Program-made: the position numbers and the translations under genes | Notes under the pieces: model-generated | What the model was told of the DNA's origin: nothing | The model's database searches: none | The model's input: the letters and a program-made list of their open reading frames with translations, nothing else | Origin: Eledone cirrhosa | Lineage: Eukaryota | Reading direction: 5' to 3' | DNA length: 64,000 bases | Assembly (NCBI GenBank): GCA_964016885.1 | Contig: OZ024742.1 | Location: 51,584,001-51,648,000, forward strand | Part shown: positions 13,100 through 25,735 of the stretch, piece after piece | Layout of the letters: the number at the start of each line of letters is the position of its first letter | Numbering within the stretch: position 1 is the first letter of the stretch

Positions 13100-13850
13100 C
13101 ATACACTGCAATATACATTTATGTCGAATATGCAATAGTATAATCCATTATAACATCTGCAAATCTGAAATTTAATTAATACAAGGCTATTGTTAAATGT
13201 TGCTGATAAGTGATATTCTTGTTTGAGATTTATATAACTATTTACCTCATTCCTTTTCGAAAACAACAAATAGGAATAGGATGTTTTAAAACCAAACCAT
13301 CTGCAAACATCGAATACATATATCTAACTGCAATAATTAAAAACAATATCCATTATGTATACGTGAGTGATAAATATAATATTATAATAATATCATAATA
13401 TTATCAAGAGTATGATATTTTTTATGTTATTATTGTTATACACTCACGTATACATTTAGGTATCCACCACGTTAAGCGCGAATACAAAAAATACATTATA
13501 TTATCTATATATGCGCCATCTGTTTTCCAGACCGCGTAATAAAACACGAGGAAATATGATTCCTGGATTTACTAGAATAGCAATATGCCGTACGAAATGT
13601 TTCAAAAGTAATATATGGGATGGTTATATTGATAACATGTTTAGATTGCGACCTGTGGGATATGGTCTTGGTCTAAAGCCTTAAAATACTGAGATTGTGC
13701 CAGAACATTATTTGACTCCAATAAAAATATTACAACAGCCGATACGCATTGGAGAGAATAAACTCCCCACCACAAGATCAGTAGCTCCAAGGCAAATATA
13801 TATAACGTAAGTCTTGAATCTTTCAGAAAAATAATATCCATTTTGCAAAC
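13100..13850 (-). pseudogene. Decayed SLC7/CAT-like remnant
   Basis: GVYS...SAVVIFLL...VLAQSQY...HIPQ, then LSATFNNSLVLIK, in collinear order. Confidence 0.35.
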
Positions 13851-14823
13851 ATTCTCAAAAGAAAGAAAACATTATAATTATTTGGGGATGATGTACAACA
13901 CCTTCTAGACTAGAATATATCAACGTATAATATAATATCTAATTGTTATTTGGTAATGGCAATACTAATATATGCAGAATCCACACAATTTGAGACGCTG
14001 TGTAATCAACTATAATAATAGTGAATATGGGTTTATTTATATATTTGTCCGTCACTCCCTGGAATTTAGATGACTGAGGAAAAGAAAGGGTTGGTGACAA
14101 AGTATAGACCATAGTGATCAGTGTTCTAAAGATTCGCTACACTAGTGTGAGTATATGTTTTACGAAATGTTTACAGACATTGGCTATTTTTATTGTGTGA
14201 GTCCTAATGTGTTTATATCACTTGTGTGAGTACATATGTGATTATGTGGATATATCTATACTTGTGTGAGTGTATATATGTTTTCGTGTTTATATTTATA
14301 TACTTATACATATAAATATAAACATATGAAAATCAAGATATCAACTACGTTAATTGCGGACAGTTGTTCCAAAGAAAAAGATTGTAGTGAATACAATATT
14401 AAACTAAATCTGTGGTTTTGTAATCATTTTATATATAAAATAATACAATTACTTATCGCCTTCAACGACATGGGGTTAGCTCGTAATAGCGAACTAAATA
14501 GTCAATATCTACGTGTAGTATATATCATTGGCAATGAGTATTGAAATCGGAACGCAGAAGGAAAAATGCCGCTAGAGGCTTTGTTTGTCATGTTAGAGAA
14601 TATAATATTCGACTGTATATTTATACGAAACCGTATATGACTCTAGTTTAATGTCACTATTCACGATTTATATTTTCTGTCGTGCTCATTTTCTTTCTTT
14701 ACTTTAAATGCCTACTTATTGTATGCTAGAAGAAAACATGTTTTTCGTGTCTTCGCGTTTATGATAGATGCGTTTCCCTTAAAGAAAATAATTAATGGCT
14801 AAAATATTCTGTTTGCTTTCACT

Positions 14824-15000
14824 CAGTGGATTGGCAGTATCGGTAGAGGGTCGGACGCCATGCCTTGCACCAAAGAGTTACGGCCCTTTATGTTCTGAGT
14901 TCAAATTCCGACGACGTTAACTTTGACTTTCATCTTTACGGTCGATAAAATAAAGTACCGGTATTTGCTGGTCTTGCACCAAAAGTAGAAACAATTATTA
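14824..15000 (+). mobile_element. tRNA-derived SINE
   Basis: tggcagtatcggtagag...gagttcaaattcc...gtcgataaaataaagtacc. Confidence 0.88.
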
Positions 15001-15316
15001 GAATTTACAACGATATTATCATTGATCCCTGATTGTGTTTGAATCAAGATTTGGCGGAAATTATTGTTGATATAGAAATTTTCCAACGGCTCTTAGTATC
15101 GCATTAACACCAACAATTTAGTTGTCTTTAGGATTTCAATCATAAATTTTAAATATTTGCTGCATTAACAATAAGTGCAAAATGTACATAGCAATTTGTT
15201 TGATGTGGCACTCGTCTGATATCCAGGGTTGCATCTTGCGTCGACAAGGCAATCACAAGGGCTTGGCACATTCAAAGAACTGATTAAACAGAGCGGTTCC
15301 ATTATCAAATGTACTA

Positions 15317-15804
15317 TACATACATTCATATATACATCGCTATTTCAGAGCACAAAAACTAATAACTATGTTTTGCTGGACCGGCAGCCGCTCTGTTTAA
15401 TCAGCTCTTAAACATTACTCGAATTCTATAAGAATCTAGCTTTTGTAATTCTCGGCAGAACGAAGGGATAAGTAGTCTTGGTAACTGCTAATGAGGGAGA
15501 AACAGGATTGTCGATTACTCCTCTTTGTTTTTGCCGAGAATAAGTAGGTGACATAGTCACTACATTTAAATACATAGCAAATGGTCTTCAAAATGTTTAT
15601 TTTATTAAACGTAAAGTATATTATCAAATACATTATACATACATTCATATATACATCGCTATTTCAGAGCAACAATAATAATACCTATTTTTTCCTTGTC
15701 GGGGAACCGTTCGTTCTGTTTAATCAGCTCTTAAACATTACTGAAATGTTATAAGAATCCAGCTTCTATAATTCGCGGCAGAAACGAAGCGGTAATTAGT
15801 CTTG
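15317..15804. repeat. Diverged direct repeat (~165 bp; 15317-15480 and 15636-15804)
   Basis: Shared tacattcatatatacatcgctatttcagagca and ctgtttaatcagctcttaaacattact. Confidence 0.8.
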
Positions 15805-16353
15805 ATGTACGTTTGTATAGATTTTGTTTTTACTATGTTTATAAAATATGTTTTTGTTTATTTTCTTATCGGCTATATCGCAGTCAGCATTGGCTTTTAT
15901 TTTGTAGTTTAATTCCGTTACCACTTTACTTTTCATCACCACTGCATGCTTGTATTGCTTTATCTCCTTTACGCTTACTACAAACAATGTGCCAACTGAC
16001 GTCAGGCAGACGGGTTGACATACGTGGTTACGTGCGACAACATGACGAGATGGCGATAATAGCTGCTAAATAATAATCCCCCAGGTGTTATCTGACCGAA
16101 AACAAACCAACAAGGGAATACGGTGAAATACCACTATGACAGAATTTGTGGTAGAATATAAGAAGGAATCGGGATAATATTCAACCACCCTCACCACGAG
16201 TTAAAACATATCTGAGGAGCTTCCGATTCCAGAGTCAGGTTCGATCAATAATAGTAATGTTCCTCGAGCTGATCGACAGTGAAGCATATGTAGTATGTAA
16301 TCAAATATGTATATGATGCAGCAGTGATTCTTTGTTCTTTATATATTAATACT

Positions 16354-16404
<51 letters not shown>

Positions 16405-16653
16405 TATACATGTGTTCGAATTGCAAGTTAGCCAGGTTGATTTATTACTTTAAATCAGACAGGCAGACCATATTGTTTAGATTGGTATTTTTTCAACATA
16501 GCTAACTTGGTCATTTGCAATTCGAAGACATGTATATTTGTATCGGTGTTCATCCCTCTCATATATCCAATTGTATTACACGGTTCGGAAAGATTCCCTT
16601 CCTTGAACTATTTAATTGTAAAAGACTACTTTGGGTTTCTAACTCAATCTATG

Positions 16654-16720
<67 letters not shown>

Positions 16721-16834
16721 AGTTGAAAGAAAATGAAAACGAAATTTCATTTCTCACACTTAGTATGGCACTTACTTAAATGTAAGTATGTATGTATACG
16801 TACATACATATATGTATATAGACGTACAGTAGCA

Positions 16835-16917
<83 letters not shown>

Positions 16918-17079
16918 GCATACAGGTACACATACATATATGCACGCATCAGTTTAGCCGACGTTTATTATAACGCCGGCCGCTTTGTTCGTTTGTTTGT
17001 CAACAAAGCGAACAGCCTGAATTTATGCCATACGGTGTTAAGGCAACCACGTCACCTTTTTGTTCAACACTGACACAGG

Positions 17080-17124
17080 AACGATGTACTAGTTTCAAGC
17101 TTGTTAGCTATCATCAGCACCGTT
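17080..17124 (-). ncRNA. Minimal type I hammerhead ribozyme, copy 1
   Basis: Minus strand AACGGUG-CUGAUGA-U-AGCU-aaca-AGCU-U-GAAA-CUAG-UA/CAUCGUU; full core, 7-bp stem I with one G-U, palindromic stem III; predicted cut between 17087 and 17086. Confidence 0.9.
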
Positions 17125-17152
17125 TACCCATCTGCCAGATAGTTGAACGTTC

Positions 17153-17205
17153 GAAAGTATATACTTTCCTTGTGAAAATTAACGGCTGAGCAGCCTAATT
17201 TGCAT
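17153..17205 (-). promoter_or_regulatory. Candidate snRNA-type promoter (octamer, PSE-like, TATA), repeated in each full monomer
   Basis: ATGCAAAT on minus at 17198-17205 (also 17670, 18172, 18702), then CTCAGCCGTTAATTTTC and palindromic GAAAGTATATACTTTC about 30 nt upstream of the hammerhead. Confidence 0.35.
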
Positions 17206-17322
17206 ATTGAGTGAGTTAAATCGGTCAGTCATACCGAAAACGATAAGTTGAAAAAAAAATGAAAAATGTAAGTATGTATGTATACGTACATACATATATG
17301 TATACAGACGTACAGTAGCATG

Positions 17323-17389
<67 letters not shown>

Positions 17390-17551
17390 GCATACAGGTA
17401 CACATACATATATGCACGCATCAGTTTAGCCGACGTTTATTATAACGCCGGCCGCTTTGTTCATTTGTTTGTCAACAAACCGAACAGCCTGAATTTATGC
17501 CATACGGTGTTAAGGCAACCGCGTCACCTTTGTGTTCAACACTGACACAGG

Positions 17552-17596
17552 AACGATGTACTAGTTTCAAGCTTGTTAGCTATCATCAGCACCGTT
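17552..17596 (-). ncRNA. Minimal type I hammerhead ribozyme, copy 2
   Basis: Identical to copy 1. Confidence 0.9.
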
Positions 17597-17834
17597 TACC
17601 CATCTGCCAGATAGTTGAACTTTCGAAAGTATATACTTTCCTTATGAAAATTAACCGCTGAGCAGCCTAATTTGCATATTGAGTGAGTTAAATCGGTCAG
17701 GCATACCGAAAACGATAAGTGGAAAAAAAAATGAAAACGAAATTTCATTTCTCACTCTTAGTATGGCACTTACTTAAATGTAAGTATGTATGTATACGTA
17801 CATACATATATGTATACAGACGTACAGTAGCATG

Positions 17835-17891
<57 letters not shown>

Positions 17892-18053
17892 GCATACAGG
17901 TACACATACATATATGCACGCATCAGTTTAGCCGACGTTTATTATAACGCCGGCCGCTTTGTTCGTTTGTTTGTCAACAAAGCGAACAGCCTGAATTTAT
18001 GCCATACGGTGTTAAGGCAACCGCGTCACCTTTTTGTTCAACACTGACAGAGG

Positions 18054-18098
18054 AACGATGTACTAGTTTCAAGCTTGTTAGCTATCATCAGCACCGTT
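18054..18098 (-). ncRNA. Minimal type I hammerhead ribozyme, copy 3
   Basis: Identical to copy 1. Confidence 0.9.
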
Positions 18099-18334
18099 TA
18101 CCCATCTGCCAGATAGTTGAACGTTCGAAAGTATATACTTTCCTTATGAAAATTAACGGCTGAGCAGCCTAATTTGCATATTGAGTGAGTTAAATCGGTC
18201 AGGCATACCGAAAACGATAAGTGGAAAAAAAAATGAAAACGAAATTTCATTTCTCACTCTTAGTATGGCACTTACTTAAATGTAAGTATGTATGTATACG
18301 TACATACATATATGTATACAGACGTACAGTAGCA

Positions 18335-18418
<84 letters not shown>

Positions 18419-18583
18419 TATGCATACAGGTACACATACATATATGCACGCATCAGTTTAGCCGACGTTTATTATAACGCCGGCCGCTTTGTTCGTTTGT
18501 TTGTCAACAAAGCGAACAGCCTGAATTTATGCCATACGGTGTTAAGGCAACCACGTCACCTTTTTGTTCAACACTGACACAGG

Positions 18584-18628
18584 AACGATGTACTAGTTTC
18601 AAGCTTGTTAGCTATCATCAGCACCGTT
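18584..18628 (-). ncRNA. Minimal type I hammerhead ribozyme, copy 4
   Basis: Identical to copy 1. Confidence 0.9.
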
Positions 18629-18866
18629 TACCCATCTGCCAGATAGTTGAACTTTCGAAAGTATATACTTTCCTTATGAAAATTAACGGCTGAGCAGCCT
18701 AATTTGCATATTGAGTGAGTTAAATCGGTCAGGCATACCGAAAACGATAAGTGGAAAAAAAAATGAAAACGAAATTTCATTTCTCACTCTTAGTATGGCA
18801 CTTACTTAAATGTAAGTATGTATGTATACGTACATACATATATGTATACAGACGTACAGTAGCATG

Positions 18867-18920
<54 letters not shown>

Positions 18921-19108
18921 TACACATATGCATACAGGTACACATACATATATGCACGCATCAGTTTAGCCGACGTTTATTATAACGCCGGCCGCTTTGT
19001 TCGTTTGTTTGTCAACAAAGCGAACAGCCTGAATTTATGCCATACGGTGTTAAGGCAACCACGTCACCTTTTTGTGATGCGTGCATATATGTATGTGTAC
19101 CTGTATGC

Positions 19109-19175
<67 letters not shown>

Positions 19176-19256
19176 TGCTACTGTACGTCTGTATACATAT
19201 ATGTATGTACGTATACATACATACTTACATTTATATATATATATATATATATATAT

Positions 19257-20897
19257 TGGTAAAAGGAAAAGAAAATGCTGACAAATTGTTCCCAGTGAAA
19301 AATAGTTTAATTAGGAATAAGTAAACAATTAGTAATAATATTGATTAGTATTCAGATTTGGTTTTAAGTTTTAACTGTTGCGCATTTCTAATGCTTTTCA
19401 AAAATCATTTTGAGATAGAGCGCCCGTGATGTTTGCTCTAATCTGATTATTTTTGGAAATTCTAACTGTTTTATGTAAAAAAAAGTGGCTCCAGGTGTAT
19501 GAAAAAATTATTGCGGTCAAAACAAATTTGATTCGTCGGTAGAGGTCATGTGAATGTTAAAAATTGATTTTGCGCCAAATGTAGGTTTGTCTCGGCTGAT
19601 TGAGAAGTCACTGAAAAATAAGTCTTTCAAGACAAATATGTGTGTGTGTGTGTGTGTGTAGTAGTAGTAAAGAGGTTCGTTGTTGTGATAATGGTCAGCA
19701 GGGATGTGTGTGCACACCGAAGCCTGCTGACAGTTCAAATGCCTATTAAGACAAGTGTGTGTGTGTATGTAGCAGAGTAATTCGTGGTAGAGGGATTGGT
19801 AAGTAGGAATGTGTCTGTACGTGTGTGTGGGATATTTTAACATGTTAAAAGATATTTTTCAGCTCTGGTCTTATACAGAGAAGTGTGTGTGTGTGTGTGT
19901 GTCGGCACGTTCATATCTATAGACATCAAAAGGTATGCAAATTTGTGTATATTTGTGTTGCACCATAGAACATGTGTGTTTACGTATGTCATTGTGTTTA
20001 TATGTGGATAGAGATGTATGTAGGATGTATGCTGATGTAGGTATTATGTTGACGTGTGTATGTTGTGGGTTCGTCTTAGGGAGAAGTGTTTAGACGGGAT
20101 CCGTATTTGTTAGTAAAGTGAGATTTCTTGCTGATGCGCTGCGTCTGGGTGGCATTATCTTTAAATGTGTAGAGGGGAAAGATTCTGAAGCTGGGATGAT
20201 TTGGGGCGGCACAGGTATCAATGTGTTCACTCAGTAGTATTTTCCTGTATTCCCGTATTTTAATTTGGGATCTATGGACAGTCATGCGTTGGCGGAGGCT
20301 GTATTGGTCTGGCCTATGTATTGTTCTCGACAACCTGAGCAAGTTAATACATATATTAGATTTTCTGATGCGCATGTGAAATTGTGTTTTACTATAAAAC
20401 GTTGTCCTTCTTTGAAATAGAATTCCGAACCCTCTATTAGGTTGATGCATATACCAGAGTTGGGTCTATCGCATTTTTTTACTGTGGGTTCGATGTTGTG
20501 GTTGGCAGTACTTTGGCATGTGTTAGGATGTTTTTCATTGACGTAGATTGTCTTTTGCTCTTTATGATATCGTGTGTTCGTAGGATTTGGTTCATTCTAT
20601 GGTCCTTTTTTAACACAGGGATGTTCTGGAGGATGGCGTCAAAGGCCTCATTGTTGAGGGGGTTGTGTTTGGAGATGTATGGAAGAGCTTTTAGTTTCGG
20701 TTGATTTACTTTAGGGTGTCTAAGGTCCTGGGTACTGAGTTTTAGGGCACGTTGGATTCCATTGTCAATTAGTGATGCAGGGTAGTCCCTGCCTATGAGT
20801 GTGTCCTTTAGTTCTTGAGACTATAGTACAGATTCTCTTGGCTAAGTTGTAGGGAATATTAATTTTAACGTGTCTAGGGTGGCAAGAGTTGAAAGAT
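19257..20897 (-). mobile_element. 5'-truncated decayed Penelope-like element
   Basis: [26 protein letters not shown] (PLE RT C-terminus) beginning at (TA)n; frameshifted GIY-YIG-like region ~20080-20450; UTR ending at (TA)n. Confidence 0.8.
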
Positions 20898-20912
20898 ATA
20901 TATATGAGTATA

Positions 20913-21114
<202 letters not shown>

Positions 21115-21533
21115 TAGATATAGATATATATAAATATATATTATGTATAATAATTACCCAAATGATTGTGGCTCGGTTTCCTGATAGTTTTATAAATTTA
21201 AAAAGAAATCGCCAATTATTTTGAAATGTGTCAATTGTTCTGTAATTGCGAAGCAACTTTAGCCAATAATAATGAAAGGGAATAGAACAAATCATATTAT
21301 GATAACGGTTTTCCTGGTGAAATAGTAAAACTGTATTGATATTGCTGGTTTACAATAGTTTTTATCTTCCTTCTTTTTTGTTTGTGTTTTATTTAGATTG
21401 GGAATATTTTCTAAAAAATTGTTTAGAATGATGACATAAAATAAATATGATTTTATTGATTTTTCCTCTCTGATTATTTTACCAAAATCATAGCATCTAT
21501 TTATATCAGAAATGATCATTTTGTCACTTCTCT

Positions 21534-21615
<82 letters not shown>

Positions 21616-21792
21616 ATATATACATATATATATAGATATTTATATATTTATACATATGTATATATGTGTGTGTGTGTAAATATAAATATGCATATATACT
21701 TATATATGTATTTATATGTACAAATACATACAATCATATACACGTAAACATGCATATATATATATGTATGCATATATGTGTGTGTGTGTTCA

Positions 21793-21826
<34 letters not shown>

Positions 21827-22972
21827 TATAAATACACGATGATTATTATTATTATTATTATTATTATTTTCAATTACCATGGCTGTATAGAACAATTCAC
21901 GTAACCCAATTTGCTAAAGTATACATCGTATATCAGATTATTTATTGTTGCCCAAGTGTATCTAATTATTTGAAACACTCAGGTTTTCTATTTAAACTCA
22001 AGGCTAACCGCAATATATGGATATTTATATATGAAAGGTTAAAGTGCTAAAATATGCAAGTAAAAACAAATCATTTTCAATTTATGGCTTCTAAATTATG
22101 AATAAATCTATGTTGTTTAGAAAACATTGCTCCTCGGTGTTTGTTAAGTGTTTGTTTGTTCTGAATCTTTCTGTTGAATCATCTACTGAAATTAGATTTA
22201 TATTTGTTTTCTTATTAGAATTCCATTCATTCTCCTTTTTTTGTATTTCAATCCTAGTCGCTCCTTTAATTAAAATATCACGAAACCGCATCGTTTACAG
22301 AAGTAATTTCACAATGTTGTGTTGGAGTGTTATTATTCTAAAATTGTGTTCCTGGCTTTGAGTATAAAACGTATTTCTCCCTGTAAAATACATTGATTGT
22401 TTTATTACTTTTACGTGTTCGTAATTCTAGTATTCCTTGGAATGCATTTAAATATCTGTGTAGAAAAATATATAGTAAAACATCTACCCCGAATGGTTTC
22501 TAAATGTTCTAGCTATTCTGTGTATAGCTATTCATCTATTATCGAGTAATTCTTTCTAATTACCTCCGTATTGTCATAGTAGAGGATAACTTCCACAGAG
22601 GGAGTGCTGTATATCATGAGAAATATATACTAAACATTATTTTTATCTTTGTATTTGAAAGTTTTCATCCGACTGTCGCGTGGACCTAATCTATCCGACC
22701 GATATGCTTATTTGGTGGTAGATGATATGCTGAAAGTATTTTCTCAACGACAGTTTAATCCTTACGAGACACGATGAATTAATAATAACTATTCCAAGAT
22801 AAAATCCGTATATATATATACATTCAGTTCAGTACAATATCTGTTTCTAAAAACAATAACACCACACTACGGGACAATGATTATATGTGTCAAATATGTT
22901 TCATATTATTGGTGGTGTTAAACAGTGTCCATGGATAAGATGTAAAACTGGTCAAACTTATTGCATATATAC

Positions 22973-23072
<100 letters not shown>

Positions 23073-23723
23073 TATGTACGTATGTGTGTATTCATATATT
23101 TGGTATATTTTGGCTCAGTTAATCAACAGATAATATTGACGAGCACCGGATAATATTGAAAGAGCACTCGACGACGTATTCCTGTAGGTCTGTATACTCC
23201 GGTGTATTAGTATAGCAATATAATAGAATAGAGCAGGTTATGCTTTATATATATATATATATATATATATAGGTGGCTGCCAACTCGTTTTCGAGTACGG
23301 CCACTACTTTATGTCCATGTAGGAGAATCCCTACCGATGCGCTGAACTAGTGTGACGTTTTAGTCCAGCCAGCGACTTGAAAACTCTGGTACAAACACTA
23401 CACTTGTTATAATTATTGACACATAGTGCTGAGCCCATGGTACCATGTGACGACAAGTGCAGAGAGATTTCCAGATATAAAGCAATGCCTGTGCCGTGAA
23501 GCTTTTATAGTGAGCAAAGGCACTGCACAAAGCCAGTATCGCTCTCTTAACCAAGATGATATTTACCAAAAAGAAGAACAAGTCAACATCATTGGATACC
23601 ATCAGAGTTGCAGGTGTTATATCAGAGTTTTCCTTCTCCTAGAATTATGCCTTGACAAAGGCTAAGGGGTCATCTCATATACATACATACCTACATCCCA
23701 TTATACATACATACATATATATA

Positions 23724-24370
23724 AGGTGTGTCAGGGAAAATTCAAATTAACCCTTACGCCTCTATGTATCTTGAAAGAATTCTACCGGTATTCGTCACAT
23801 CCCCATTGTGTCACGGTCGTTTTAGGGATACCAAGTCCGGAAAATGGTCGTACTCGAAGATCTATGACTCATCACCAGTGATGACACTCCACAGAGTTAT
23901 GGCAATGTCATGACGCACCTGCATCCGCCACTCCTGGTCACTGTTCAGCTGCTTCGGTACCATCTTATTGTAGATCTTCAGCTTGCCGAAATCTTCGGTG
24001 AAAATCTTTCCAACGCTGTCGTGGTTTATGCCCAGCTCACTTGCAATCATATGCGGTCAGTCGAAAAGTCTGCAAGGCGATCGTCACGCAGTACCTGCGT
24101 AACGCGCTCAACTTTGGCCTCAGTCCTGCTTGCTGAAAGCATTCCACAACTGTCGTGATCTTCCTCCTTTTGTGCCACTCATCAGCGCGAAATTTGCTCT
24201 GCTCTGTACAGCTGCTAGAATAATCCGATTGCTTCAAATAGAGTTTTCACGAGCCAGACAAGAAACGTAAGTTTGGTTCGTTGATCTGTGTACATCGCAG
24301 TTAACAAAATCACGCGAAAGGAAAATGCAATGGCTGCACACTAATGCCTGTTAATTATTTGACTACCTCG
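23724..24370 (-). mobile_element. Internally deleted mariner-type DNA transposon
   Basis: IASELGINHDSVGKIFTEDFG...KMVPKQL...VITGDES; TA flanks; degenerate TIRs (right end TA-CGAGGTAGTCAAA on minus). Confidence 0.8.
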
Positions 24371-24479
24371 TATATATGTGTGTGTACGTGTGTGTGTATA
24401 TATATCACCCCACACACAAATATATATATATATATATATATATATTTGTGTGTGGGGTGATATATATATACACACACGT

Positions 24480-24496
<17 letters not shown>
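24371..24496. repeat. Palindrome centred on (TA)n
   Basis: tatcaccccacacacaaa(TA)n tttgtgtgtggggtgata, with arms extending into GT/CA tracts. Confidence 0.85.
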
Positions 24497-24543
<47 letters not shown>

Positions 24544-25162
24544 AATCAGGAAAGAAGATTGACACCGTTTGCTATACAAAAAAGGTTTTTAATCTCATTG
24601 CTGACAATTGTTTCTCTGAACTGGTAGGTCTAGAGATCGCTATTCGCTTGTTTTCACGTTACTCGATCGCCAATACAAAATTATAACCAGTCAGTTCTTC
24701 GGAGCATGCGAGAATGAAGAGGATATACAGGCATGAAAGGAATATACAGGCTACTATATTAAGTAGTAATCGCATTAAGTTAGAACAATAACAACAATTA
24801 CAACAATTCTAGTAATAAATTATTAGAGATGTTCCTGACATTATACTAGGTGGGGGGTATAGTGTATCTAATATTTTGGCGTGTAAAACTAGCTGACATG
24901 AAGCAGAAGTATAAAGTTGACATGGAAAGAGTGTCGTAGAGTGTATTATATCAATTTTAAAGATAAGCCGGTATTTATAAACAATGTAGGTCAGGTGGCC
25001 GTAATGTTCAGTTTTTATCTGACTGACGAAGCATTTATCACTGAGTAGAATTTGTGTGGTCTTGAGAATATAGTCTTTCTTTTCCGTCCTCAATAACATA
25101 CATGTATAGGACAATACTGTCAGAGCTAAATAATGGGCAAGTTAATACAGAGGTTAAGGAGG

Positions 25163-25229
<67 letters not shown>

Positions 25230-25329
25230 TATATATACACATGCATGTGCACATGATGTATATGTATACATCAATACACACACGTACAAATACATACATA
25301 CATGCAAAGAGAAAAACATGATGACTATA

Positions 25330-25698
25330 ATTATGGCAAGAGGAAGGTAAAGTTACATTGTAGTAGTGTTTTGAAAAAAATTCTTGGATTTAGGATCATG
25401 TGATGACAGCAGCTGAGAAGAAATAAGTTTATGGGTTGATGAGGTACTTACAGACATTTGTGTGGTATAGAACTGAGAAGGCTAGAATGTACTTAATGAG
25501 TATATTTCTGAGGTGATTTATGCAGGGTAGTGGGTATCCTAGTTTAAAGCTATGTTATGTTGGTTCGATTCATGGAGGTTTGAATTTTATGAATTTAGTG
25601 GCAGTTCTATGTCTGCAGAAGATAGATCTTTCTAACTTATTGTTAAGTAGCCTGGACTACACCTAAGAGGACTGCATATAACTATTATTTGTTACCCC
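25330..25698 (-). mobile_element. Highly decayed PLE RT C-terminal fragment
   Basis: LRCSPGYL and KLGYP motifs in shifting frames, starting at (TA)n. Confidence 0.35.

Positions 25699-25735
<37 letters not shown>

Larger units (their letters stand above)
16717..19232 (-). mobile_element. Retrozyme-like tandem array of ~4.7 hammerhead-bearing monomers with terminal inversion
   Basis: Near-identical monomers; ribozymes spaced 472, 502 and 530 bp; internal (TA)n in each; inverted piece 19075-19232; (TA)n on both flanks; no credible ORF. Confidence 0.85.

Noticed and set aside
15330-15355. gctatttcagagca as a tracrRNA-like motif
   Set aside because: Short chance similarity inside an ordinary direct repeat
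16130-16300. FVVEYKKESG as a fibronectin type III exon
   Set aside because: Single short motif followed by stops, no supporting exons
16507-19324. Repeated short ORFs (YIYIYI..., MEKKMKTKF...)
   Set aside because: Translations of (TA)n tracts whose frame changes with tract length
19511-19540. Hammerhead in the 3' UTR of the 19-21 kb PLE
   Set aside because: Reads CCGACGA...GCAA with two core changes and no clear stem I; at most a relic
21150-22620. Possible host exons on minus (acceptor near 22456)
   Set aside because: In-frame stop after 38 codons and no recognisable domain
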